64,000 nt of DNA from Octopus vulgaris (GCA_951406725.2 OX597821.1:57908001-57972000), one strand, 5' to 3'; positions 25,599 to 39,729 are shown, counted from the stretch's first letter. Notes: generated by a model not told the origin, from the letters alone. A program made the numbers and translations.

Positions 25599-26033
25599 AG
25601 ATAAGAAGATGGAGAAATACATCTAAATCAAATATCAATTACCAGATAATACTCAATCACATACTTTATTAAACCACCACATAAGAGACTGTAGGGTTAA
25701 ACATAAAAAAGCAGAACAGTGTACATAAAAGAGTAATGTTGTATAATAAGTAGAATATATATAAAAAGAGAATATAAATATAAGTAAATATAAATTATAT
25801 TTATATTTACTTATATTTATATTCTCTTTTTTATATATATTCTACTTATTATACAACATTACTCTTTTACGTACACTTTTTTATGTACATTCCTTTATGT
25901 ACACTGATTTGTTCTGCTTTTTTATGTTTAACCCTACAGTCTCTTATGTGGTGGTTTAATAAAGTATGTGATTGAGTATTATCTGGTAGTTGATATTTGA
26001 TTTAGATGTATTTCTCCATTTTCTTATCTTGTA
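25595..26033. repeat. Near-perfect palindrome (~200-bp arms) within a (TA)n-flanked insert (25595-26205)
   Basis: tacaagataagaagatggagaaatacatc... versus ...gatgtatttctccattttcttatcttgta, centred at about 25797. Confidence 0.95.
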
Positions 26034-26203
26034 TTAGTAATTTGTGGTAAATCATTTTACCTTTGCCCATATAATACAGTAAATGAATTGATTGCATCGC
26101 AATCCTTAACATTTATGTATTAACTTTGTTGGGTACTTCACTAGCAGTATATTGGATATATGTTATCCCATGGAGGGTTGCATTTACAACCCCTATCTCA
26201 ATT

Positions 26204-26264
<61 letters not shown>

Positions 26265-26309
26265 TATGTATACATATAAACGATATTATATATGTATGTA
26301 TGATTATAT

Positions 26310-26428
26310 CACGTCACGTCACGTGACCGACCAGACCATCAGATGTTGCTACACATCGCTGGTCACAATGCGTTTGCATTGTTTTAGCCTTCGAATGACA
26401 CCACCCCGCTGGCTAAGCGAGCAGGCCA
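26310..26428 (-). mobile_element. 5'-truncated retroposon tail with a pentanucleotide-repeat end (cacgt on + strand) and a 12-bp TSD
   Basis: TSD gtatgattatat at 26298-26309 and 26429-26440. Homologous to the tail of the SINE at 54335-54630. Confidence 0.8.
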
Positions 26429-26512
26429 GTATGATTATATATATATATATTCATACATATATACACATATGTATATATACACATATATATCTATACATAG
26501 ATATACACATTT

Positions 26513-26568
<56 letters not shown>

Positions 26569-26873
26569 CATATAAAACACATGTTTATATATATGTATAT
26601 GTGTGTGTGTGTGTGTGTGTATGTGTGTGTGTGTGTATGTGTGTGTGTGTGTGTGTATGTTCACACATTTTAGTATTAAGCCATAAAAACGTATAATTAC
26701 ATATTTACAGAGCTGGGAAATGATATTTTTTTTTGCCTTTGATCATATGAACTCCGATAACACAAACAGTAGCGATACAGGAAAAGAATTAACTGTCGCA
26801 AATATTTAACAGATTTCATGTTATAATCCTTATCAAAACAATTAAATATTTTAGTTGAAAGAAAACTACACAA

Positions 26874-27271
26874 TGCGCAGGAGTGGCTGTGTGGTAAATA
26901 GCTTGTTTACCAACCACATGATTCCGGGTTCAGTCCCACTGCGTGGCACCTTGGGCAACTGTCTTCTACTATAGCCTCGGGCCGACCGAAGCCTTGTGAG
27001 TGGATTTGGTAGACGTAAACTGAAAGAAGCCCGTCGTATATATGTATATATATATATATATGCGTGTGTGTGTTTGTGTGTCGTGTTTGTCCCCCTAGCA
27101 TTGCTTGACAACCGATGCTGGTGTGTTTATGTCCCCGTTACTTAGCGGTTCGGCAAAAGAGACCGATAGAATAAGTACAGGGGTCGAGTTGCTCGATTAA
27201 AGGCGGTGCTCCAGCATTGCCACAGTCAAATGACTGAAACAAGTAAAAGAGTAAAAGAGAGTAAAAGAGTA
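26874..27271 (+). mobile_element. SINE-B, full length
   Basis: gcgcaggagtggctgtgtggt head through to the (gtaaaaga)n tail. Confidence 0.9.
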
Positions 27272-27827
27272 AGTTTAGTGTTTGCTATAATTGACGTGAG
27301 TAAATGAAAACCACTTTTCTTCTTCAGCTTTCTATTTTTTCAAAAATACCCAACACAACAAGCATAAAAAAAAATATTAGAACCAACACAATTTGGCTGA
27401 TATTGAATTAAACTTACAATTTAGAGAAACGGTTTTACTGATATGTCTGTAGAAAGTGCGTCATAGCGTATATCAGAGAAAGAAAAAAAAAATAGAGAAC
27501 TCTATCTCACAGGCAATTAAAATAATAAAAATCACAGTCAATTATTTTAATTGACTGTGAAAACCAATTTTCATTAAAATGTACGAATATTAAAATTTTA
27601 AGAACTTTTTAGACAGTATAGACTTTAACAATTGCTTTTGGTTTTGTAAAAAAACATGTTAACTAATTCCAGCTAATTAAAAAGCAGTTTTCTTCATTAT
27701 AGCATAGAATCTATGCATAGATGTACGATTCTGCTCTACCTTGAATTAGTAAAATATATTCATCCTTTCGATTTGGTCATACTTGTTGTAATAGTTGACA
27801 CAGCTTTATTTTGCGGATGTTCGACAA

Positions 27828-27846
27828 GTAGTAGTAGTAGTAGTAT

Positions 27847-27937
<91 letters not shown>
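27828..27937. repeat. (AGT)n microsatellite
   Basis: Seen directly in the sequence. Confidence 0.95.
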
Positions 27938-27938
<1 letters not shown>

Positions 27939-28739
27939 TGCTCGACTAATTTAGCATATATATATATATATATATTTGTCTGTTACTAATTTTGTTGTAG
28001 TTGCTTTCTCTTATTCAGTTTTTTTTTTTTTTTTGCAGTAATTGGAGTTTGGGGATTAAGGGTATCTTTATCTTTTCCTTGTTTGATGAATTGGACTGTG
28101 GCCATTCTGGCGTCCCCAGTACTTCTTTTAATGCCAGATACGTACTATGTTTATCTTTTACCAAAACGCTATATTACATGGACGGTCAAGCTGTAGAGAA
28201 CATACATACATACATACATATGTAAGTATGTATATGTATATATACGTACATTCGAAACGTGGAGTAGATGAAACAGGGAACAACTGAAAAAGGGGAATGT
28301 TCTTTATGTTGTATGTCTCGTTTCTTTGTTTGTTTTTTTCCGTTGTTCGAAAAAAAGTTCGTTTCTATGTTTTTGTTTTTATGTTTTCGTTTCTCATTGT
28401 CTTCAACGTTTTTTTACGTCCTGTACCCATAAATGCATGTATATATACATATATATGTAGGTATGTACATATATGCATGTATATATGCATATATTTATAT
28501 ATTATTTATATTATTATATGATTGAACGCCACGCATCCTTTTCCAAACACATACATACCCCCCCCACACACACGTACATACATACATACATACATACATA
28601 CATACATACATACATACATACATACATACATACATACATACATACATACAGGACTGGCTTCTACGCAGTTTCTGTCTACGAAATTCACTCATAAGGTATT
28701 GTACCCCATTAAGCTATAGTATATGTCATTTGTCCAATA

Positions 28740-29156
28740 AGTTGCCGCTGCGTTCTGAGTTCAAATCCGCCGAGGTCGACTGTGCCTTTCATCTTTCCGG
28801 GGTCGATAAATTAAGTACCAATTGCGTACTGGGGTTGATCTAATCGACTGGCCCATTTCCCTAAAATTTCGGGCCTTAATTCTAGAGTAGAAAAGATCAT
28901 CATTATTATTATCATCATTATCAAGGCGGCGAGCTGGCAGAATCGTTAGCACGCCGGACGAAATGCTTAGCAATATTACGTCTGCTGCTATGATCTGAGT
29001 TCACATTCCGCCGAGGTCGACTTAACCTTTCATCCTTTCGGGGTCGATGAAATAAATACCAGTTACGCACTGGAATCGATGTAATCGACTAGCCCTCTTC
29101 TCCAAAAACATTTTCAAGGCCATGTACCTAGAGTAGAAATAATAATAATAATAATA

Positions 29157-29219
<63 letters not shown>

Positions 29220-29402
29220 GAGGCAGTGAGCTGGCAGAATTGTTAACACGCCTGATAATATGTTTAGTGACATTTCGACCGTCTTTAATTTCTGAGTTCA
29301 ACTTCAAATACCAGTTAAACACGGTAGTCGATATAATCGATTTTTCCCCGTTCACTAAAATTGCTGACTTGAAGCCAAAAGTTGAAATCATTATTATCCC
29401 TC

Positions 29403-29436
<34 letters not shown>

Positions 29437-29592
29437 TAAGGCAGTGAGCTAGTTCTGAGTTTAAATTCCACCGTGGTCACCTTTGGCTTTCTTTCGGTGG
29501 CGAGAAAAATAAGTAACACTTGCTCACTTAGGTCAATGTAATCGAGTATCCTCCGCCAATAAATTTCAGGCCTCCTGTCTATAATAGAAAGG
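28740..29592 (+). mobile_element. Head-to-tail array of four SINE-A copies separated by (ATT)/(ATC)n tails
   Basis: Copies at about 28740-28895, 28923-29138, 29220-29390 and 29438-29592. Confidence 0.85.
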
Positions 29593-29923
29593 ATGATTAT
29601 TATTATCATCATGGTTGTTGTTGTTGTTGTTGTTGCCGTTGTTATTAGAGAGCTATGTGACGGATTTGGAAAAGCGACGCTCAATGTGCTTTGCGTTATT
29701 TTGCTACATGCCCGTACGCCCTAAGCTAACCCTGACAGGATCAACATAGGTGTTAAAATATGTATCAGTTAAATATTTATCGATTACATCCATCGTAAGA
29801 ATTTGCATCCCTGTGTCAAACTGAGAAGTCACTATGATAATTGTCACTGCCCCTATACTGGACCACAATATTCTGGTCAATTAAGAAACTGTTAGTTCTA
29901 AAAGAATGGGTGCTTGTTTTCAG

Positions 29924-29980
<57 letters not shown>

Positions 29981-31384
29981 CCATTTTCATTCAGCATTAT
30001 CTTCTGTTTTCGTTGTTAATGCTTTACTTCTTCCTAGTTAACCCTGCTGTGATCATACTTCAAACAAAATTTTAATCTGCTTTACATGTCATTATGAAAA
30101 ATAATGAATAACGTAGAAATATTTAGTAAAACACACTTTCTCATAAACTTGGATATGAAACCGGTTATTTGGAACGTAATAATAGCTTTTTGCATAAAAT
30201 TATAATGGCAAATATTAATTTCAAAACGATCACCTTATAACAAGTATTTTCTATCAAAAGGCCACGAGCGGTTTCAGACAGTTTGTTATCAAGATTATTA
30301 AATATTTTGCTCTTATTGTCGGAAATCCCAGTCGGAACAGATGAATACAATTTTCAACATATACCATCATCTGAGCTTACGTTCATTTTTCCCTGTTTCA
30401 TTTCCTTGTTACATAAATGGCATATTTTTCTCGTTGACTAGTCAGTCAGCCATATTCTCCTTTCAATAAAATACAAATTATTGAACATGCAACTGAAAGA
30501 AGTGTTAATATTAAGATATAAGGCGCAGGTGTTGTTGCGTATAACTGAACAAGATACTTTATTCAATCCTTTATACCTAACTTATAAATTGGCCAATAAA
30601 TATGTAGTCATATAAATGAACGCTGCTACTGTATACTCAGAACAGAAACGGAAAACCAATTAAAACAAGTTCTACCCATCTTGTCTTTATATTTTTCTCT
30701 TACTTCCTGCGTAATGCAATCGGACAGCGCAATACTATTTACAGTCTTAAAGTGTCATTTGATAACCGTAACTCTATCTTAACAGCCAGAAAATAGCTAA
30801 GCAGTAAGTGATGTAAAGAGCTGTGAACACAAAGCAGGTTCAATTTTCAATAGAATTTATTCATTTTCACTTTACGTTCTCATTCAAAATTCTTTGTATA
30901 GGGCTGGACGTTACAACCCTGAACCTCCATTTTCTTGCAGTAGAATGTATGTGCCTGGCCAAAACATTCTTATATTTACGTTTAACTGTAGAACTTGAAT
31001 CAGATAAAGCTATAAATACTAACATATAAATTTAGTGTTAAGTAAACCTATTGAATAGAAATAGTCGAAGGTTGTCCGTGAGACTCACATCGATAAACAT
31101 GACAGACATTCTAGCATTGGTTAGCCATCATTTTTTTCTTTCCAAGAGGGTTTTAAGCACAATATTTATATGTTATTATTTATATCCTTATCAACTATTA
31201 ATTTCTGTACCGATTTGAATTTATTCTTTATTCTTCTTGGGTCGGTACAATAAGTAACAATGATGTAAATGAGTATGTTTGATATATTCAAATACACTCT
31301 CTTCTCTAAATGTGTGCCCTCGTATCTGCGTTAGAAATCAATATCATCGATTTATCTGAATATGATTTGTTACATTCATGATTT

Positions 31385-31612
31385 CCTCTTCTGTACTATT
31401 TCCTGCAGAAGAAAGGGCTGGAACACAGACAAGTGAAGAAAGCCATGAAAGAAATAGGCACGGCAATTGAAACTAAGTCAAGATGTCTGTTGTCTTCCAT
31501 GAGAGAAGACTAGCCTAGTCCTCGCAGTCCAAAAATTGAAGCGTATAGGCTAAGGGGCAAAACGCATGTGACCTTGAGATACTTGCTGACGATACGGAAG
31601 GGTTTCCAGCAT
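31385..31612 (+). mobile_element. Possible R2-Hero/NeSL-type LINE 3' end
   Basis: Peptide FLQKKGLEHRQVKKAMKEIGTAIETKSRCL resembles RLE-LINE C-termini and is followed by a short UTR-like segment. Confidence 0.4.
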
Positions 31613-31960
31613 TGTATATACGTACGCATTGTTTCATAAGCACATGTACTTGTTTGCGCTCATGAACACGCGCCTATGTACCCACATACACATGCACATA
31701 TTAGCTTCATACACAAACACACACGCTTGCTCTCACACACAGATATACCAGGTAACAGTTGTCCCCAGGTAACAAGCCAGCTTCCCTTTCAAGTCTGGGA
31801 CATGTATATCCTTTCAATTTTTCCTCTCCTTCTCTACCCTTTCCGCAGGCAAAAGAGCGTACTCTCGAAATGTCAACAACTTCTTCCAATTTTCCTAGAG
31901 TCAACCTAATACACGCTGTTTGTTTGCTTTTTTCCATCGTTTTTTTAAACATTTATGCCG

Positions 31961-31997
<37 letters not shown>

Positions 31998-32030
31998 TAC
32001 GCAACAACATATGTAAACAAACATCGAATG

Positions 32031-32213
32031 TGTATCGTATCATACAGGCAAGAAAGTAATATTTTGAACGCAGAATATCCGTGAAAACAGCAGAAAGATT
32101 GAGTACTTTTTCCATCACATAAGGGTAAAATGCCCCAAATATCCAATGTTTCTGCTGTTCTCATGGCTATACTGCGTTCAAAATATTACTTTATGTCTGT
32201 ATTATACGATACA
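32031..32213. repeat. Imperfect inverted repeat (~70-bp arms) between (TG)n and (CA)n
   Basis: aaagtaatattttgaacgcag versus ctgcgttcaaaatattacttt, with pairing extending on both sides. Confidence 0.85.
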
Positions 32214-32217
32214 TACA

Positions 32218-32274
<57 letters not shown>

Positions 32275-33185
32275 CGAACTTTCGCAGTTTCCACCTAGCG
32301 AATTCATTCACAAGGTTATTAGTCGACCCGAAGCTACAATAGAAAATATTTGCCTAAGTGTACCGCACAGTGGGGCTGGACCCAAAGCCATGTCGTTGCA
32401 AAGTGAGTTTCTTAACCACGCAGTGATGTCTCTGAACATTAGTGACCTAAGTAAATTAGGTTATTACAAGTAATACTTGGTTATTAGCGACAAATCAAGA
32501 TGATTGAGATCTTATCTCTACTCTTCGATATTCAGTGTGCAGGATTATATTTTGGTGTGAAAATGGCAAGATCGACAGACACGTGGTTGCGGTGGGAGCG
32601 CTTCTGTCAAGAAAGTGTCTGATAAGAACCAAATCTAAAAGTCAATCATATATCCATTAGTGTTATAGTTCTCTAAAAAATGTTTACCTCAATTAGTTAT
32701 AGATTCTGTTGTACAAATAATTCAGCTGAAATTAAATGTTCTGATCACTGAAACGCCAGGTAAAAGGTTAACAGGATGCGAAGAAACCTCTGGCTAGTGA
32801 GTGGCCCTAATCGATCCTGCCAGTTACAAAAGAACAGAACTGTTTTTTTTTAAATAAGAAATGCTCTCAAATCAAAGTCTCAAGGAAAAACTCCAGATGA
32901 GCTAAGAGTTTTTTTTTTTCATGATTCAAACAGCAGCTTTCAGAATGTTGTCCTTAGATAATAATCGATGAATGCTGGCAGTTTCTAAATAGTGTGCGCG
33001 AATTTTGGCATCAGTCTTGAAAGAAAAAAGAAACGTGTGCAAATATGAACATATTGTTTTTTGAGCTTCAACGTATTTGGTAATTTGGTGCCAGCAAAGC
33101 TGTGAGCTATAATAAACTTTGGCTTTAAGCATTTTGAAAAAAAAAAACATTGTTGAAGTATTTTTTTTTTTTTTTGTACTTTACG

Positions 33186-33371
33186 TATTCTAATAGCTTC
33201 TTTCCTCGAACTACTGTTTCCTGGAACTCACTAACACCATCTTGTTTTCCTCTTGTCTATGATATTCAGTCCTATATGCTTTCTTTTGAATGTGTAGGCT
33301 ACTTGTGTGTAATCTCTTACACAACAGTGGCCTCAAACCTTGTTTGGGATAAAACGGTATTTTAAAAAAAA
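33186..33371 (+). mobile_element. CR1/Jockey-group LINE 3' end
   Basis: YSNSFFPRTTVSWNSL..CFP..YD matches the SFFPRT..WNSLP RT C-terminal motif; short UTR with an A-rich end. Confidence 0.75.
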
Positions 33372-33492
33372 TTTATTTTCATTAACAGCGATTATAATGA
33401 GAGATATTTTTTTTTCTGAGTCAACTTACTAATAAATATATACGTGAAGTATTCATCCAATATAAGCAGGTAGACTCTAAGATTATTCTGTA

Positions 33493-33888
33493 CTAGCAGT
33501 ATCGCCCGGCGTTGCTCGGGTTTGTTTCGACCCTTTAGAATTGGAATTTTTTGAAAAGTAAAAAATTTGCATTATGTAGCTTGTTATTCTCTTTAAGTGA
33601 ACATTTTTCTGGTTGAAATGCACCGAAAAATGGCGACACAGCAGTCAAAAAATCGTTAAAAAATAGTGGATTTTCATAGAAAAAAAGCACCTTTTTGATG
33701 TAAATATTTTTTGGTTGTTAACATGGTCCGATTTCAATTTTTTCTTCTACTGGAGGCAGAGCAAGCCTTCTTCTATCATACTCTCAATTTTGGTCAACTT
33801 GCGCCGCAGGGTCTCGGAGGAGATAATGTTAGTTGAAGGCTACCAAATCTGCCATACACAGACAACTTCAGATTTATATATAGAGAGA
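33493..33888 (-). mobile_element. Non-autonomous Helitron, second subtype
   Basis: 5' TC and the same 3' hairpin+CTAG as 23443 and 51100, but a different interior. Confidence 0.85.
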
Positions 33889-34414
33889 TTGTGTTTTGTA
33901 GACAGTGATTGTCTTTTTCCCATCTATATCTTGTTTACAGTTCTACCAGGCACTTCATCTTCTGAACAATTTCGTGCTGCATGATGCAGAAACAGTTGTA
34001 TAACATCAGTGTGATGTCTATGAAGACTTCAGAGTCTCTTTTTACCATCAAATAATTTTGCAATTGTTTTCGGAATGCTGTTTTCGTTATGCGATTGATA
34101 CAATGTAACTATTGGTGAAGCGGTTGATATTTTAAAGAAAATGAACTGGAGCCTCATTATGAATAAAGGCAGCGAGATGGGTAAAATCGCTAGCACGTCG
34201 AGCAAAATGCTTAGCGGCAGTTCTATGCAGCTCTTTACGATAAAATAAAGCACCAGTTCAGTGCTGAGGGTTGATGTATTCGACTTATCCCCTCCCTTTA
34301 CAACTAGTGGTATTGAACCCCGCAACAGACCGTCGCCTTGTTCAGGAGAATGGAATGTTGTGATGACGGTCATTTACACATCATAGAAACCAGGTAACTG
34401 GTCTTATGAGTTAT

Positions 34415-34842
34415 GGGTTTCAAATTTAGGGACAAGGCCAACAATTTCGGAGATAGGGAAATCGTTTACATCGACCCCACTGTCCACGGGTACTTACTTT
34501 ATCGACCCCGAAGGGTTGATTGGTAAGGTCGACTGCGGAGGAATTTGAGCCCGGAACGAAAAGTGTAGAAAGAAAAGATGCTAACAATTCTACCAGCTCA
34601 CCACCTTGGTAATCCTTATAATAATGGTTTCAAATTTTGGCACAAGGCCAGCAATTTAGAGTAGGAGGGAATTAAATTGATTTCATTGACTTCAGTGTTC
34701 AATTGGTTCTTATTTTATTGACCCTGTAAGGATAAAAGGCAAAGTCGACCTCGGCGAAATTTGAACTCACAACGTATACAGCTGAAAGAAATGCCGCTAA
34801 GCACTTTGTCCGGTGTCCTAACGATTTTGCCAGTTCGCCGCC
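34415..34842 (-). mobile_element. Two degenerate SINE-A copies
   Basis: Family A motifs at 34415-34608 and 34623-34842. Confidence 0.8.
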
Positions 34843-35189
34843 TGGTACTTATGAATCATAAGGTTCCTCAAGAAAAGAGAGACACGATGACATTACAGTA
34901 GAATATACAATGCACGTAACAGGTGAATGAAATAGATAAGAATTTTGGCTGGTTAGTTATTTATAAGATTACCACAAAAACTTAACTACGATTCGGTTAG
35001 AATCGTTGATTTCATCCGGATATAGTTGCTATGTTACTTTTGTCATATCTTTTCGCTAGAAAATCGCTCACTAAAACGCTGTAAGAGAAGACAGTCTAAC
35101 GTTTATTGTTTCGGCATCGGCATTTGGGACGGGGCACTTCCGCAGAAAATACTGAATTCGCCTTTTGCGCTGGGAATCTTTATATTTAT

Positions 35190-35389
35190 CGTTTGTTTTT
35201 TTCAGTTATTTGACTGCGGCCATGCTGGAGTACCACCTTTAGTCGAGCAAATTGACCCCAGGACTTATTCTTTGTAAGCCTAGTACTTATTGTATCGGTC
35301 TTTTTTGCAGCTAAGTTACGAAGACGTAAACACACCAGCATCAGTTGTAAAACGATGTTACGGGGATAAATACAGACACACAAACACAT

Positions 35390-35454
<65 letters not shown>

Positions 35455-35611
35455 TACGACGGGTTTCTTTCAGTTTCCGTCTACCAAATCCACTCACAAG
35501 GTTTTGGTTGACCCGAGGCTATAGTAGAAGACACTTGCCCAACGTGCCACGCAGTGGGACTGAACCCGAGACCATGCGACTGGTCAGCAAGCTACTTACC
35601 ACACAGCCACT
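35190..35611 (-). mobile_element. SINE-B
   Basis: Reverse complement of family B with an internal microsatellite. Confidence 0.9.
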
Positions 35612-36482
35612 CTGGTATCTTTTTAGGGAGAGTTGACAGTTACTCCCATCAGAACGAGCAACAGTAGAGAAGTTTGTCTCAGAGACAAAGATTACAAGCA
35701 TCTGCCTCAGCGTTGTGTATTATTTTCGTCTGAATGATTTCTCCGGTCACGACATGAGTCACGAAGTCATGAACATCATCGTTGATAACACTGATTGCAA
35801 TTTAACTTCGGAATTGAAACTTTTCAAGATATCATAAATGGAGAGCGATAAATCAAACTTTTTCATACTAATTCCGGATCATACTTCAAAATACACAGCA
35901 ACAATCTATATATATATTTGTATATGTGAGCGTGTGCTTATCTATATATATATATAAGCGTAGAAAGTCTGCTGGTTATTGCAGAAATAGTCTCTTAGAT
36001 ATTAACTCATCTACAAAGAAGAGAAATATAAGAATATTTCTGTAGATAATTATATGTAGGCGTCTAAACTTATTTGTTTGACCAGAGTCTGATATTTTCG
36101 GGATTTTATTTTCACAAACTTATTCCTGTATCTCGATAAAAATAAATGGATTGGAATCATAAGATTCAATAGAAAGTGTTGTGAAGTTGCATGTACAAGT
36201 TTAGTTTCGATTCTCTTCTGAAACCTTTTCAATATTTACGCCATCAAAAATGCATTGATAAAGGAGTTTATGTAATGCATCATACAATTCTATTTCGTGA
36301 ATAAATTTGTGGAGACATACCTACAAACACAAACTCGTAGATTATATATGTATATGACTACATACGTTAGTAGTTTATTTACTCGAGAAAAGGAACCGAC
36401 GATAAGAAAATTTAATGCTAAGATAAACACTTGTAATCTTTATCTCTGGAACAAGGTTAACTTTCGTTGCTTTATCTAACAG

Positions 36483-36565
<83 letters not shown>

Positions 36566-36667
36566 TAAATTCCAGGGTAGCAAAAAAAAATTAGAAAATT
36601 TCTTTGCTACCAGTGGTCTAGCGAGAAGAAAAACTAGTCAATAGACTATATATTATTCATATAAAAA

Positions 36668-36827
36668 TGCAGTATACATTTAAACACATAAGAGATGGCC
36701 ATAACAGGACATCTGACCCGCTAGAATAAGCAGCTAAAATTACCCCTAATAGTGGTTTGGTGTTTAACTACTCCTTCTAGCGGGTCAGATATCCTGTTAT
36801 GGCTATCTCATGTGTTTAAATGTACAC

Positions 36828-36831
<4 letters not shown>
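36668..36831. repeat. Inverted repeat (~60-bp arms) in a (TA)n-flanked insert (36562-36831)
   Basis: catttaaacacataagagatggccataacaggacatctgacccgctagaa versus ttctagcgggtcagatatcctgttatggctatctcatgtgtttaaatg. Confidence 0.9.
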
Positions 36832-36882
<51 letters not shown>

Positions 36883-36899
36883 CACCAAATCGACATCTA

Positions 36900-37745
36900 G
36901 ATCAACAAAACGACACCAATCCTTACCAAAAACCGAGTGAAAACCTCAATTATGGTTACTTTTTATCCAATTACCCCAACTCTGTCTTTAAATCAATCGT
37001 TGTCGGCGTCTTATAGGACTTCCTCTCTATCCGCTAATATAGAAATGTTCGAGCAAAATACCCAATATTATAATAGTGCCCTAAACCAAGCTGGCTGTAA
37101 GAACTCAATTAGGTATGTCCCTATGTGAAACGAACCTTCTTCCCCGGAACCCTGCACTGTGGATATCTTTATCACCTTAGATAAAGGTTTCAAGGTTTCC
37201 GACATATTCCACCCCGTAGTAAACCTTTCCCTTATTCCCCTAAACTTAACTACCCTAGGAAACCCGATAGGCACTCCTCCAACTCAAGGATTTGGGCTCC
37301 AAACTCTCCTGTTACCCATATACATACGCACCAGCGTACACTTCTCATCCCAAGTTTTATGGAGTATCTCCTAGGATATGACAGCTACTGTAATTGCATC
37401 CACCGGATAGCTCTTTCACCACTGCTCTCAATGCACATCATAGCGCTGAAGCATACGATCTTTGTGATACCCGGTTGGCGTGAGGTACATGTAAGCCCAC
37501 AACTTTCCGTATAGCACCCCCGAGAAAATTATGCAGCGGTAGACACCCTGCCTCCTGTTCTTTATATAATAATTGCCTCGCTAGTAATATCTTGTATAAA
37601 TCCACAGTCTCCAGAGAATTTAGATTTTGTATATGCCGGTGCGCGCAGTATTATCTTCAAGGCGAGACTGAGTAATCACTACTCTAGCTTTAGAGCAAAA
37701 TCGAAAGCTGAGTGTACTTCTTTACCTGGGGTCATACATAACTTA
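36900..37745 (+). pseudogene. Penelope-like element (Neptune-type) RT-thumb plus GIY-YIG endonuclease remnant
   Basis: PYQKPSENLNY..SNYP.SVFKSI, SLSANIEMFEQNTQYYNSALNQAG, CS..HPASCSLYNNCLASNILYKSTV and VYAGA..IFKARLSNHYSSFR..K..CTSL. Confidence 0.85.
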
Positions 37746-38282
37746 ATACGACACTCAGTAGAGTACGATATAAAATGCCCCATTGTCGGCATGCCAAACA
37801 GTGTAACATGTATAACAACAAAAGCGATCACTGCATTACAGAAATCATAACCATTATGCAGTGCAGCGATTGCGCAAACGAAAGTAGCAACCTTATTAGC
37901 TGCAAATACAAATTATCTAACTCATTCTTAAAGTACGAATGCTAATCTTTCACTCGGATGCCTTTCTCTTTAATCCTCTTACGTCTCCTCTGGCTCGATA
38001 TTCACACATTAGTTGTAACCTGGCCTTTCAACATCACATGTGCACCAATTTGTATGCAATGTAGTAATCATTCGCCGTATGCAGGCAAGCCTATGTTCCT
38101 TAGAATGTTTGTATATTTCAAAGTGTGATTCCAGCACGGTGTTTCCCGCTATTTCCTTTGTATTACATTTCATTGTGCATTCACATATAACCTTTATTCC
38201 TTTTGTTGTCTCTTTATGTCCTTCCTTTCTCTTCACAGATGCGTTTAAGTACATATACACCTACTGTAAGTATACGTGTAGT

Positions 38283-38606
38283 GGAGGCGCAATGGTTCAG
38301 TGGTTAGGGCAACGGACTTGCGGTCGTAGGATCGCAGTTTCGATTCCTAGACCGGCATTGTGAGTGTTTATTGAGCGAAAACGCCTAAAGCTCCACGAGG
38401 CTCCGACAGGGGGTGGTGGCGAAACCTGCTGTACTCTTTCACCACAATTTTTACTCACTCTTTCTTCCTGTTTCTGTTGTACGTGTATTTCAAAGGGCTA
38501 GTCTTATCACACTTTGTGTCACGCTGAATCTCCCCGAGAACTACGTTAAGGGTACACATGTCTGTGGAGTGCTCAGCCACTTGCACGTTAATTTCCATTG
38601 ATCGGA
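38283..38606 (+). mobile_element. SINE-C
   Basis: ggaggcgcaatggttcagtggttagggc head and family C tail. Confidence 0.9.
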
Positions 38607-39729
38607 TGTGTGTGTACGCGCGCGCCTTTAGGCACTCGAGTATGTTTGTGTATGTATTTACGTGCGAAGGAGTGTCTGCATATTTTGTACGAGCGTACGG
38701 TTGGCATAGGTGAACGGGCGTTTGTGTGTGTGTGCGCGCGTGTGCATGTATATGGATACTACGTGTATACACGCGCCTTTAGGCGCAACTGTATGTTTGT
38801 GTATGCATCTACATGCGAATGAGTGCTTACATGTAATCGCGCGCGCTGTTGCATGTATTTCCGTAGGTGTGTAGATGTATGTATGATATAGGTACTGGTG
38901 TCTTCTATTTCTTCTGAGCAAAAAATTCCCCTTCACCCCCAACCAATTCGGCGACAGGATTGTAGCAGTCGGCCAGTTTCTATCGTCATCTATCTTAGAT
39001 ATGTTTATGGCCACTGTTTTCCGCCTTAATGATAACAAATATTTTCTTTTCTTCCTTTGCTCCCCCTCTCTTTCTTTTCTACTCCTCAACTCTATGTAAC
39101 TCCCACCTATTTTGATTTCACCCTTTCCCTTAACATACTTCCTGACCTTTAGCTCTTTTTTTTCTTCTTTATTCAGTACTACTGGCTTCTCTATTCAGTT
39201 CAATTCTCCACTTCAGTGAGTTAACTTGAACGACAACCTAACCGTCATTTCATTAGGGTAATCTTCCTGGATCAGGAGGGCCACGTCTCTGTCACCCTCC
39301 CCGTCACTTTTTTTTAAACCTTGCATGCTCTATATACCTTCTTTTTCGATGTATACCGTGTATGCTTTCTTTCTTTCTTTCTTTCATTTTTTTATCATTT
39401 CAACATATGTAAACCCCCAGAATACAACCCTTTGATTATTATGTGTGGGGAGCAGTTGAACGAGAGACCAACAAAACTCTTTGTAAACTGAAGGCAAGGA
39501 TTATGGTAGCATTCACTAACTTAAACAAAGAAACCGCCAAGAAGAGTTGCAGGGGATTCTAAAGTCGTCTGGAGGTCGTGGCTGAATCCAATGGAGATTT
39601 TATTAAATGAATTTACTCTTTAGTATTTCAAGATATTTTCATGTAATTTTTGTAAATATATCTGTTAAAATGAGATATTAATGTTATTTCCGTTTTTGCG
39701 TTATTTAGACGACAGTTTATTCACCGCAC

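Noticed and set aside
35635-35837. ~66-codon open frame
   Set aside because: No homology recognised and no splice signals.
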